Shown piece by piece: positions 26,310 through 36,600 of a stretch of 64,000 nucleotides of DNA (its first letter is position 1; every line of letters starts with the position of its first letter). Below the pieces are notes generated by a model that was not told the DNA's origin, did not search any database, and saw only the letters and a list, made by a program, of their open reading frames with translations. This stretch comes from a virus (Duplodnaviria; Caudoviricetes). The stretch lies in IMG/VR virus record IMGVR_UViG_3300033067_000884, positions 5,650 to 69,649 of that record, one strand, 5' to 3'. A program made the position numbers and the translations under genes.

Positions 26310-27293
26310 CTAGAAGCTCCTTAGTCGTCTATACTGCGCATAGTCAATTGCATTATCGATAAAATGTTTGAACCGAGCTTCGTTATTATCCGCCGCTAGT
26401 AAGTAGGTATCAATATCCATCTTATCTCTTCCCAATAGCGGCAATGTCACAACTGAAAAGTTTGGTACGCGTTGAGCTAATCTTGCAATTGCCCTATCTA
26501 CGCGTACCTTATCATCTGGGTCACTGGAATTGTCAAACATAACGACGATCTTTATACCAGGCTGCTGAACTAATGCAGGGCGATATGATAACATTCCCGG
26601 CAATGCCATAATAGCGAAGTTATGACGGTCAGCAACCACTGCTTTAATCTCTCCCTCAGTTACAATAAGGGTCTTAGTCTCGGCTGCCTTTTTCATTGCA
26701 GCATCAAAGTTATATGGATATAACGCTCCTCGTTGTTCAGAACGATGATATAAACTCTTGTACTTCGGGTCCTCACCTGTCATTGTACGCCCACGTAAAT
26801 CAGTAACTTCCCTATCTGCGATATATGGGAATACAATCCTATCAGCTAGCCAGGGACGCCCTCTACCATCAGCTAGTCCGGCTTCTTTAGCGGTCTCAGT
26901 AAGATACATAGGTGACGTACCAGAAGGGCAGAATCCAATCTTGAAGAAGGAGATAGCCTCTTGTGTGATACCGCGTTGCTTCAAAAATTCTTCATGTTCT
27001 TTCGAGATACACGAATGGTAATAATCAGACGCTTCTGCATATGCATGGCGTATAGCGGCGGTATCAAAAGGCTTACCTATATAGGGTTTATACGCTGCTG
27101 TATCTACATCGTCAAGCGAAGCGACAACTTTATATGGTGTGCCACATTCCCAGCAATATCCGCTTGAATTACCGGGCGTTATCCAAAGGTCATTTCCTCT
27201 ACATCCAGGGCAAACAGTTTTATATCCTCTGCTTGCACGTTTAGTTTTATTCTTTTCACAATATTCCAGTGTGATTGGTTCGCGCATAACCAC
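26310..27293 (-). CDS. DNA primase (zinc finger plus Toprim)
   Basis: CPGC...CWEC, PKYKS, TEGEIKA, FDNSSD. Confidence 0.9.
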   Translation of the reverse strand: MVMREPITLEYCEKNKTKRASRGYKTVCPGCRGNDLWITPGNSSGYCWECGTPYKVVASLDDVDTAAYKPYIGKPFDTAAIRHAYAEASDYYHSCISKEHEEFLKQRGITQEAISFFKIGFCPSGTSPMYLTETAKEAGLADGRGRPWLADRIVFPYIADREVTDLRGRTMTGEDPKYKSLYHRSEQRGALYPYNFDAAMKKAAETKTLIVTEGEIKAVVADRHNFAIMALPGMLSYRPALVQQPGIKIVVMFDNSSDPDDKVRVDRAIARLAQRVPNFSVVTLPLLGRDKMDIDTYLLAADNNEARFKHFIDNAIDYAQYRRLRSF

Positions 27294-27300
27294 TCCAAAT

Positions 27301-27343
27301 AGAAAAGAACGCCGCGCCCCTCGATGAAAAGGAAACGCGGCGT
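27301..27343 (-). terminator. intrinsic terminator after SSB
   Basis: ACGCCGCG...CGCGGCGT stem followed by TCTTTTCT. Confidence 0.75.
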
Positions 27344-27360
27344 GGAAGAAGCAGTAATTC

Positions 27361-28023
27361 CTACTGTGGAAGCGTCGGCACGAGTCGCGTCCAGTTCAGC
27401 TCTTTCATTATCTCGATAAAGTCATCTCCTGCAAGGATACGCTGTTGCATCTCATCTGGCATAATACGCGCAGCTTGACTCAAATCAAACTTCGGTAACG
27501 CCGCCAGATCAGCAGCTAACGGTTCCATGTCTGTACCGGGAAATACAGAGCGCTGTACATCCTTCGGTTCTTTCCCTGCCACGCTGATGACGGTGAGATC
27601 GAAATCCCATACATTCATCGGCTCCATTGTTCCTGGACGCCGAACCCGTTGATGCAAAGCAGTAAACTTTGCAAGCAAGTCAGAACCGAAGTCCAGAATC
27701 TTTACACGATTATCCGAGCGATCAAGAACATTCAATAGCATCCGCTTACCGGGCTTACGAAAGCGCCGGTCTGATGTTGAATCAAGTGTAACCATAAACT
27801 GAGCAATGGGTCCATTACGCCCCACTACAATACTTCTATCTTGCTGCTTACCACCTACATTCACGGGCATGTAATAACGCCAGTAGAACGGTACATCCTC
27901 ACTCTTGTCAAGGATACGAATAGTCTGGTCACCCTCTAGCTTCAAGTAATTAGATTCGAATTTGCCCGTTGATGTACTGCCATCAGCGTTTGTCTTAGGG
28001 CGTGCATTATCTCCAAAAGCCAT
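27361..28023 (-). CDS. single-stranded DNA-binding protein (gp32-like)
   Basis: YLKL..D..IRIL, aromatic FYWRYY, LNVLDR, KILDFG; upstream of primase and helicase. Confidence 0.65.
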   Translation of the reverse strand: MAFGDNARPKTNADGSTSTGKFESNYLKLEGDQTIRILDKSEDVPFYWRYYMPVNVGGKQQDRSIVVGRNGPIAQFMVTLDSTSDRRFRKPGKRMLLNVLDRSDNRVKILDFGSDLLAKFTALHQRVRRPGTMEPMNVWDFDLTVISVAGKEPKDVQRSVFPGTDMEPLAADLAALPKFDLSQAARIMPDEMQQRILAGDDFIEIMKELNWTRLVPTLPQ

Positions 28024-28081
28024 AATCGTTTTTGCTCTTTCTTTTTTATTTAACGCCCGCTACATTTGCTGGCGTGATTAC

Positions 28082-28109
28082 ATTATAGCACATTTGTTCT
28101 AGTTGTCAA
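28082..28109 (-). promoter_or_regulatory. consensus sigma70 promoter of the ssb/primase operon
   Basis: TTGACA actagaacaaatgtgc TATAAT (16 bp); near-palindrome TAGAACA-N2-TGTGCTA. Confidence 0.85.
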
Positions 28110-28178
28110 GAGTCAATTTCTACACTTTACATAACGAGAATACATTCTACTCTTTTTGCGTTATTAGGTTACGAACGC

Positions 28179-28331
28179 TCACTGTCCTTTTAATAAACGC
28201 CGAAGTACATATTCATCGAGCGTTATACCACATTTACAACGTAGCTGAAATCCATTAAAGTATGCCCAATCATATTTCTTTGAATCAAATACATGACGCT
28301 GGTCTGTATGGTAAGGACAAATATTAATCAT
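28179..28331 (-). CDS. small Cys/His-containing protein (50 aa)
   Basis: MINICPYH...CKC; start overlaps the stop of the upstream ORF. Confidence 0.55.
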   Translation of the reverse strand: MINICPYHTDQRHVFDSKKYDWAYFNGFQLRCKCGITLDEYVLRRLLKGQ

Positions 28332-28587
28332 ATTTGAGCTTGACGGCGCGGACTTTACTATGTTTTTCCGGTTTAAATACGCCCTGCTTAATTGACCTAT
28401 AAACTTCTTCACCATCAAGTATCCTTTTGCGTACATTCAATACTTCATATATATTGGAACTGGTGTAGTGATATGGAGGTTTATCCTTCTGTCTACCTAC
28501 GCCATTAGCACAGTATAACCTATCTTTGCGTATGGATACCCATTTCCCATTCTCTAACTGGATACCATATCTTTCGGATTCTCCCAC
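28324..28587 (-). CDS. hypothetical basic protein
   Basis: 87 aa, GTG start after SD GAGGG. Confidence 0.55.
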   Translation of the reverse strand: MGESERYGIQLENGKWVSIRKDRLYCANGVGRQKDKPPYHYTSSNIYEVLNVRKRILDGEEVYRSIKQGVFKPEKHSKVRAVKLKYD

Positions 28588-28673
28588 GCGTTCCCTCTCT
28601 CCATTCTATTACTATTGAATCTGTATCTATCTCTTATTCTCTATTCCTCTTTATAGTATAACAGGTAACTAAA

Positions 28674-28721
28674 TTTCTTTCTCTCGCTCTCGCTCTTTCT
28701 TTCTCTTTCTCTCTCTCCCTT
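28674..28721. repeat. 48-nt polypyrimidine/polypurine (CT/AG) tract
   Basis: tttctttctctcgctctcgctctttctttctctttctctctctccctt contains only two purines. Confidence 0.9.
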
Positions 28722-28736
28722 GAAAGAATCCGTGTA

Positions 28737-28765
28737 ATTATAGCATGCCCTGTCAAGTTTGTCAA
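28737..28765 (-). promoter_or_regulatory. consensus sigma70 promoter with tandem TTGACA
   Basis: TTGACA aacTTGACAgggcatgc TATAAT (17 bp, extended -10). Confidence 0.85.
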
Positions 28766-28856
28766 ATGTTGTATTTAGCGCGTACCAAAGAGGAATAGTG
28801 AAATATCATGAGTTCAGCGTTAAAGCAATTTAGATTACAGAATGATTACACGGGCG

Positions 28857-29009
28857 TTATTTACTACCAGATTTACCACCCCTACTGCCTTGTTTACTAC
28901 CGTGCATGACCTGTTTATTCATACCCATACTAGGATGCTCATGCCCGGCCATATCTCCCTGACTAGGACGAGCAGGAGGCGTAACTTTATTAGGAGTCTT
29001 AGTAGCCAT
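28857..29009 (-). CDS. small basic disordered peptide (50 aa)
   Basis: MATKTPNKV...KQGSRGGKSGSK with SD AGAAAGG. Confidence 0.65.
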   Translation of the reverse strand: MATKTPNKVTPPARPSQGDMAGHEHPSMGMNKQVMHGSKQGSRGGKSGSK

Positions 29010-29116
29010 TATATGAAACCTTTCTATGGGAGGCGTTTTGAGCAACGAGCCATATCATTATACTACTTTCTAGCTATCGTCGCTCTACGAGCTTCCCAAG
29101 TGCCTTCACGGGCACG

Positions 29117-32100
29117 CTATATATCTATAAAATATAATTCTCGCCCAGATAACGCGTACATTACCGGGCCTTCTCTAAATGTTTCACCACTATCTACGCT
29201 ATAGAAACAATGATGTACTGTAGTCAATGAACCGGGGCCGACATTAGGATACCCATTCACGATAATACAAAGGTAATCCTGGGTACTATCCTTACTACCA
29301 GTCACTGTTAAACTAACAATAGCGCCAGATGGATTAACATTGGCAACATTGAAAAGTAAATCCTGAGTACCTTGTCCATATGCATCTGCTCTGTAGATAC
29401 CAGCAGCAGTGGCGTAATAACTCATGGATTGATGTACATAGGAACTATATAGCTGCTCATCACCGGTGCCCCAACCTAATACATCATCACCGGGAATATT
29501 CGTAGGTTCATAGACAAATGTTCCACCAGGGCCACCAGTGAAACCGGTACATAATTCTAACGCCCCGGCATGATTAACCAAGCCTTTGAATGGAGCAGCG
29601 TTCTTTTGATATGGTAAGTAGCTATGCGCAATGACCGTTGTAGGGTCGCGTTGTGTATTGGTAATATCGGCAGTACCATCAGGAAGGAAGATAGGGTTCG
29701 TAAACGCTGATGGATTAAAGTTACTGTAGTTATAGACGTAGACCTGATCACCGATAAACGATGTTGTTTGCTGGGCATGACTCTGGCGTAAGTTCGCTGG
29801 GCCATCGATTGTCGTTATAATGGGTGACCCCGATGGCGTAGTAACAAAATGTAGGAATCCTTCTGTTTGGATTGTTTGATTACCACCTGGACCTCCCGCT
29901 GATATAACGCAAAGCATATCGCGTGAGTCTGCCCGTTTATTAAATGCAAACCCCTTCACATCTCCATCTGATTGAGTCCAGTTAGCGTTAAGGATAAGCT
30001 GTGATATGCCATTCACTACCGTACCGCTTGCGGGTACCGCTTGAACAAACGCGATGTTTGTTGTATTCACTTGGGCTATAGCAATACCACCAGTAGTTAC
30101 AGCACTTAGTCCTGGCACATCAGCGCAGCCATAAACCCATCCACTTGTTGTACCTATATGCCAACCATTTGTAGGTAAATCACCTGTTGTTGGACTTAAC
30201 GCCCCTCTATGGACTAATTGACCTGGAATAACAATACCTACTAGCGGCCCGTATGCTACTTTCTGTCCCCATCCGCCAGTCGGCATTGTTGTAGTAGGGT
30301 AGTATAGCTCGGCTATTGTGGTATTTCTATCAATTGATTTACTAATGCCTGATGCAGTGGCGTAATAGACAATATCTGCCATCTCCCCATCACGGATCAT
30401 ATGGCGTGTGAGATTGGTGGAATTATTCTGTGTTGCGTAGAATATACCAGAGGCTGCTGTCCAATGCTGCCCGGTACTATCTACGATCATAACGCCATCA
30501 TCACGGTCAATCATAACAGTAGCTGCCGGGACTATATAATTACCCCCGCCAGAGAATGTCACTGCGGCTGTACCTGCTGGGCCAGAACCTAAGACACCGT
30601 GCGTATGAGCAAAGTAATTCGTTGCTGAACCATCAGTTGCCCATAAGACATCATATGCTCCAACGCCGAGATAATTCCATGTGCCACCAGTGTCTGATGT
30701 AATGAATACATTGTTATTTCCACTACCGACTACCACAAGCTCTTTGAAATTGGTGTAGTTCATCTTTACTTCCCGTAATGGAAAGCCGAATGAACCAATC
30801 TGCCGCCAGTTATCACCAGCGTCATCTGAATAGAATACTTTGCCTGTAGAAGTAACTGCGGCAGCTTTTGTACTATCCAATTCAGGTATATGAATATCAG
30901 TCACATGCCCGCCAGTAGTCTTTACAGGCGTCATTGTAATACATGTATCAATCGTTTTATAGATAATACCGTCACTTGTACCAAATAATGCATGACCCGA
31001 TGTTACGTATACACCACCGGGGCCGAAGTTTGATGCAGCAACAGATATCGCCGGTATACCATTGGTGTACCATGTCTGTCCTCCATCGACACTACCTACT
31101 GCTTCGGTTGTTAATGCTCCATATAATGCCCGGTATTTAGGAGATATTAACGCCGTGAGTCCACTCGTTGTAATGGGATTAGTAACTGATGCTGTATTAC
31201 CCATTGTGTCAAAGACCTGTAGCGTTACATCTTGACTATTCCCATTACTAATTGCTGCTTCATCAAATACATAGGTAGCCGCGCTGCTTTCTCCGTCAGT
31301 CACTGAGGAGTCAGGCCATGTCCACCGATAGCGATTGATAAGGCCGCGACTTGAATAGGAGCTTGCTCCATCGAATTCTACAATCCACTTCGGGTCACCC
31401 AATACTGAGACGAATGTAGGAACAAACGCCGCTACAATATCTGCTGTTGGGTCCTCTTCAAACTTGGTATCCCCAAGATACTGCGCGGCAGCTATTGATC
31501 CCTTATAGCCGCCATCGGCACTCATGTTTGTTTGGTATTGCTCTACTAGATACTTACCAGTGGTTATACGCGAACTAATGTCTACTGTACTACCGGGCGT
31601 TAGTAATGGATTACCATCAACTTCTAACGCCACAGTGACTTTTAATCTATTCAAATCTTGTAGTACACGGGTACAAATGAAATCAGCAATGCCGGGCGTA
31701 TCAATCAACTCCTCAGAGATAAGGACACCACGATAGGGTGTATTACCAATGAATGGCGATGTTGCGCGCTTTACTACTCTGATACCACTAGCCCCGCGAA
31801 CTTCAACATAGTTACGTAAGTCAATATTTGTGGATGTTTTTGTTAGCTTATCAATATTATAGGGGTTACCCTTATCAGTATATTTCCAATAAGTATAGCC
31901 GCCCGGTTGTCTCGGCTTGCGTTTGAATCGTGCGACACCACCGGCATCTGCATAAATACGCCAACCAATAAGATTAGCAATCTGCATAGCAGCGTCATAG
32001 ACTGATGTTAAATGAAACTTGGCCGGGTTAAGATCACCAATCCAGAAGTTTGTATCATCAACTTGAATCTCAGAGCCTTCTGCTAACCCGGACATATGGA

Positions 32101-32614
32101 GTAACCATTGAACAACAGCATGGGCTTTAACGCCCTGACTTGAGTAATTACCCGTAGTCTCTGGATGAGCGGCGTTAAGAGCCGCTATTGAATCATATTG
32201 ATGGATTGTAAATGTACCGCCATCATTGCTGGTATATGTTGAGTAAAAATACATACCGGCGGTTATGTCTTGCCCAAACTGTACTTCTTGAATGAGAAAG
32301 GTATCCATTGCCTTTTTGAGTACATCTCGGCAGCTAATAGTGTATGATTGGGTAGCTTCATCGGGTTCAATCGTATCAGCGTATCCAGTAAACGTGAGCT
32401 GTGCCTGACCATCATACCCCTGGCGTATTTGCACTTTTGCTTCTGGGCTAATACCGGGATTAGACGCTGTACGCACTGATGCTGTACTAATGCCCCCATC
32501 GAGGGTTTGATTAACGCTGATACTGAGTAAGTCTCTTGTCGGGGCACCGTTGAATGATACCTTAGCATACGGCTGTTTGAACTTTGCGTCAATGAGTGAA
32601 TTAAGTGAGGGCAT
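29117..32614 (-). CDS. tail tip / baseplate hub protein with PKD-like and BNR beta-propeller domains
   Basis: N-terminal hub-like region; YRWTWPD...VTLQVFD PKD-like motif; Asp-boxes SVDGGQTW, SDDAGDNW, SDTGGTW, SVDSGETF; position after the TMP. Confidence 0.8.
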   Translation of the reverse strand: MPSLNSLIDAKFKQPYAKVSFNGAPTRDLLSISVNQTLDGGISTASVRTASNPGISPEAKVQIRQGYDGQAQLTFTGYADTIEPDEATQSYTISCRDVLKKAMDTFLIQEVQFGQDITAGMYFYSTYTSNDGGTFTIHQYDSIAALNAAHPETTGNYSSQGVKAHAVVQWLLHMSGLAEGSEIQVDDTNFWIGDLNPAKFHLTSVYDAAMQIANLIGWRIYADAGGVARFKRKPRQPGGYTYWKYTDKGNPYNIDKLTKTSTNIDLRNYVEVRGASGIRVVKRATSPFIGNTPYRGVLISEELIDTPGIADFICTRVLQDLNRLKVTVALEVDGNPLLTPGSTVDISSRITTGKYLVEQYQTNMSADGGYKGSIAAAQYLGDTKFEEDPTADIVAAFVPTFVSVLGDPKWIVEFDGASSYSSRGLINRYRWTWPDSSVTDGESSAATYVFDEAAISNGNSQDVTLQVFDTMGNTASVTNPITTSGLTALISPKYRALYGALTTEAVGSVDGGQTWYTNGIPAISVAASNFGPGGVYVTSGHALFGTSDGIIYKTIDTCITMTPVKTTGGHVTDIHIPELDSTKAAAVTSTGKVFYSDDAGDNWRQIGSFGFPLREVKMNYTNFKELVVVGSGNNNVFITSDTGGTWNYLGVGAYDVLWATDGSATNYFAHTHGVLGSGPAGTAAVTFSGGGNYIVPAATVMIDRDDGVMIVDSTGQHWTAASGIFYATQNNSTNLTRHMIRDGEMADIVYYATASGISKSIDRNTTIAELYYPTTTMPTGGWGQKVAYGPLVGIVIPGQLVHRGALSPTTGDLPTNGWHIGTTSGWVYGCADVPGLSAVTTGGIAIAQVNTTNIAFVQAVPASGTVVNGISQLILNANWTQSDGDVKGFAFNKRADSRDMLCVISAGGPGGNQTIQTEGFLHFVTTPSGSPIITTIDGPANLRQSHAQQTTSFIGDQVYVYNYSNFNPSAFTNPIFLPDGTADITNTQRDPTTVIAHSYLPYQKNAAPFKGLVNHAGALELCTGFTGGPGGTFVYEPTNIPGDDVLGWGTGDEQLYSSYVHQSMSYYATAAGIYRADAYGQGTQDLLFNVANVNPSGAIVSLTVTGSKDSTQDYLCIIVNGYPNVGPGSLTTVHHCFYSVDSGETFREGPVMYALSGRELYFIDI

Positions 32615-32617
32615 TCT

Positions 32618-32989
32618 TTACTCCTCCGTAAACTCGGCGTTGTATCTCCATGTTGCTCTCCCTAATTTCCACTCAGTATTACTTTGTACTGCTTCTGCCT
32701 CGAATTTGGATAGCCGCGCCGTTGTTGAATTACCGAGATGATCGACCAGCGTTGCTTTGATTCTACTTGCCTTCCATCCGCGCATACGATTATACTGATC
32801 GAGGGCACTATCGCCGTATAACCATCCACTGATTTGTCTACGCCCTGACTTTGTGCCGCCGTATTGAAATGTAGAACGTGGGGCACCAATACCTACGCTC
32901 TCTGGCATAACATCCTCGTAAACCCACGACCCGTCTTTTTCGGGGTTCACCGCCCACTCGTAATCTCCGAATTTCCATGGGACCCTCAT
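32618..32989 (-). CDS. distal tail (Dit)-like protein
   Basis: 123 aa between the TMP and tail tip; beta-rich; ends YNAEFTEE. Confidence 0.55.
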   Translation of the reverse strand: MRVPWKFGDYEWAVNPEKDGSWVYEDVMPESVGIGAPRSTFQYGGTKSGRRQISGWLYGDSALDQYNRMRGWKASRIKATLVDHLGNSTTARLSKFEAEAVQSNTEWKLGRATWRYNAEFTEE

Positions 32990-33600
32990 AGCTGTCTCCT
33001 ATATCCATTACATATTGAGCGGGTCCCGTTAAGCATACCGTGTAAATTACCTACGCTCAGATTGTGTTCTCTCGCAAATCTACTTATATTGATTATATCT
33101 TCGTATACCGTACCGTCTGGTCCGACAATAGTATAGGATTTCCCATCAGTGTGTGCTATAGCAAGCTTATCTTTCATTGCAGTAGTTCTTTCACCGGGCC
33201 ACCCCAATGATTTACCTTTTAGACTTGCACTTATTTTTCTCTTGGTGCTTTCTAGTTGAGGTTTGCTGCTAGCTATTCTCAATTTTTCTATAGTTTCCTG
33301 ACTATGTCTAAAACAGTCCCCGCCGGTTGTCATATTGTAAAGTTTAGCGCCGATGTATTTAAAATACTGTATCCAGAATACTTCAGCATCATTTAGTTCG
33401 CACTCGTTACATTCTTGTAGTATATCCCACTCAAATGCGCTGGTACCGTATCTGCGAATTGCTCGGTGAAAATGACATTTTAAATTAGTTTTAAACGCAT
33501 CGTATAAATGCTGCGATTTCCTTGTACTAAGTGATGCTTTACTTTGTCCTATATATACAACGTTTGTAACAATGTTCGTTGCTATATAAATAATCGCCAT
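32986..33600 (-). CDS. freestanding GIY-YIG homing endonuclease with NUMOD3-like repeats
   Basis: AIIY...VYIGQS, E..WI, YNMTTGG, HSQETIEKLR; start moved to MAIIY. Confidence 0.88.
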   Translation of the reverse strand: MAIIYIATNIVTNVVYIGQSKASLSTRKSQHLYDAFKTNLKCHFHRAIRRYGTSAFEWDILQECNECELNDAEVFWIQYFKYIGAKLYNMTTGGDCFRHSQETIEKLRIASSKPQLESTKRKISASLKGKSLGWPGERTTAMKDKLAIAHTDGKSYTIVGPDGTVYEDIINISRFAREHNLSVGNLHGMLNGTRSICNGYRRQL

Positions 33601-33647
33601 ATCTACCTCTAATAGAGGGAGACCATTGCTGATCTCCCTCACTATGC

Positions 33648-36600
33648 TTATTGTCTATTGCCGCCTAATTTGCTGCCCGTTTTTGCAGCTACCCCAGCAC
33701 TGAGCGTATTCGGCCCCACTGCCGTGCCTGAGTTAATTGTGACCTGCGCCGGTTGAGTGACTTGTCCATTCACTGTTACCTGGATATTCACATTAGCGTT
33801 CTTTAACGCCTGTGCTAAGTCAAAGTTCTGGACTTTCTGAATCAACGCCGTTACTGCACCATTGAATGCTGATGCACTCGTTATTAACGATGCTGCCCCT
33901 ACACCCGCCGCTGGTAATGCTGTTGCAATCGTACCAATCGCTGTGCCTGTCTTAGCTGCGTTTGTACCTAATATCGCTAAGTCATCTTTTGTCTTACCAG
34001 AAGATTGCGCCAGCGTTGATAGACTGGTCTTTGTCTTTTCAGCTCCGTCCACTACTGGCCCACTTAAATCCCTGTCCCTATCAGTATTGCCTGGGTTCGT
34101 TGTAGGTTTACCAGGAGGCAATTGTGGCGGTAATGTCCCTGTAGGAGCTAAGACTGTTGTGCCCTGTATGACATCAGCAGGCTTCGGCGCGCCAAAGAAT
34201 GGTTGGTTAGGATTAACAAGCTGATTATACGCCGCTTGTACGCCAGCATCCTTTGGTGGAATGGGCTTGTTTCTCTCAGCATTACGCAGCCGGATATCTT
34301 CTATACCCGTATCTGGCGGTAACTTATCCTTTGAGCTGGCGTCATTGAGATCATCGATCTGCTTCTGCTTAAAGTCTAGGAACCGTTGAACAGCCGCCGA
34401 TATCTTCTGATCCGATTTAATCGTATCGGGTATAATTTGCGGCTCTACTTCGCTGTATACTGCCGCTGTACCAGGATTTGGATAGAATAAAGGCCGTGCC
34501 CCTTTTTGATTTGTTCCCTTGACATCGCTAAGGCTTGCGCCCTTATCACCATTGTCCCCATTGATGAGCTGTTGGGCGAGTTGCTGTGCAAATGCTAATG
34601 GTACAAGACCCTGCCCGGCGAGAGTTGGGAAGTTCTTATCGCCCTTCTCTTTGCCGCCGCTATCGTAATAATCAAAGATCGTCGGCTGCTTATAGTTACT
34701 TGGTAGATTATAGTGACCACGCAGCGTATCATTGCTCTTGGTATTGGCGTCAATAGCCGCCTTTAAGAACTCTTGCCCGATACCGGTCTGAGACAGTAAC
34801 TCATTATTCTTCTTGAGAATAAGGATACGCTCGTTCTCATATTTACCGGCCCGATTGGGGTCAAGCTTCTCGGCTTGTCCTTGTAAGCTACGCGCCTGCT
34901 CAAGTATCTTCTGAATTTGCTGGTCAGAGTATTGACTTAAATCCTGTAGCGGCGCTTCTTTCTTCTGTTGCTGTTGTTGCAGGTATTCCTGTACAAAGCC
35001 CTGATTAACGCCGGTCACTCCCTTGAAGTCTGTTCCTGACTGTAGTAAGAATTGATCCTTTGCAAACTCTTTCTTATACTCTGGGTTTAATGCCTCTAGC
35101 TTGGATTGCTTCCTTAGCGCGAAGTCGATGGCGTTATTTAGTTCAGTAGCAGTTGTACCCTTTGTATCAAAGATACTAGCGGGCGTAAACTGAGCAGGTG
35201 TACCAGCACTAATAAGCTGCCGGGTTTTCTGCTGTGCTTCTACCTGAGCAGTTTGATCCAGTAATGCGCCGGATTGACTCTTGAGTAGTTCAAGGAATGC
35301 TTTGTTAATGTCATAGCGCGCCTTGTCAGTAGCTAACGCCTTCTGTAACGCCTCTACCTCTTTAACAATCTCCGGCTGCTTTGCCTTGAATTGATCCGTT
35401 GACTGTAAACTGCGTAGTCTTGATTGCTGTAGTTCATACAGTTGTACAGAACGGTCAGCTTCGATAGCAGGCTGGAACCGTTGAGCTATTTGTGATTGCC
35501 CCTGAGAACCAACATTATAGAGTCGCTGCTCTAAACCACCAGTATTTAGCCCTAGCGACTGAGCAAGTGGTACGAGCTGCTGTAATGTTTGTGGTAATGC
35601 CGCTAATGACTCTTGTGACCGAGCTAGTCTATCCAATGCGCCCTGAGCATCTTGCCCCTTCAATGCGCCGCTATTGATCTTATTCAGATCAGGCTGAAAC
35701 GATTGATTGATGCTCTGTGCTAATGGACTAAACGCGTTGTACTTATCCAGCCCATATGGCGTTTGATAATTATTCTGTAGCTTAGCTTCCAAGTCAGCTT
35801 GCTGCTGTTGGCCCTTTTGTATAATGTCCTGCGCGCTTTCGTATTGGGCGCGTTTGACATCATTATCCGTAACTGCTTGCGATGCAACTGCTTGCTGTCG
35901 AGTCTCAACACTGAGTTTGGAGAAGTCCTCAGCTAATGGCCCTAAGCCCTTTGATGCTTGATCTAGTAACTGCAAGAACTCCTGTACGTTACTAACGCCA
36001 GAATCAGCAAAGAGATTTAGTAATTGCTTATTGCCGCCGAAGGCTCCAACGAGTTGTTCAGTCGGCGCGTTATTCTTGAAGTTATCGAGGAAATTACCTT
36101 GTGTCTTACCACTCTGAATATCAAGATACCGGCGCACACTAGCTGAGCTAATCTGCGTGGATATATCAACAAAAGGATTGGTATTCGCTTTAAGTAGATT
36201 ACTCTGTAAGTCACCTATCCCTAGTGTCTTACTTAGCCCATTAAGTTTTGTGGCTGCGGCAGCTTTATCCGCTGGCGTAACATCAACCGATTCATTCGGC
36301 GGCTTTTTGTTATATACCGCCTCTGCTAACTTCTCGGCAAATGTCTTGGACTCTTGCTCACTTGTCCCTAGTTTACCTGATACATCGAGATTCTCAGATA
36401 TCGTCTTTGCAATGCTGTACCCAATAATAGCCCCATAGGGCCCGCCAACCATACCGCCAGCTATACCGGCTGCAATACCGACGCCCACATTCGTGAGATT
36501 ATCTTTGCCTAAGCCACCAGAGATAAGATCGAATGCAACCGGCGCTGCAATAGCTCCCGCTGCTGCTCCTGGCTTCTGTAGACTTTGACGTAATTGAGAT

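Noticed and set aside
29057-29062. TATAAT-only late promoter class (also near 53174 and 55392)
   Set aside because: No shared flanking motif; TATAAT arises easily from stop codons and AT-rich spacers
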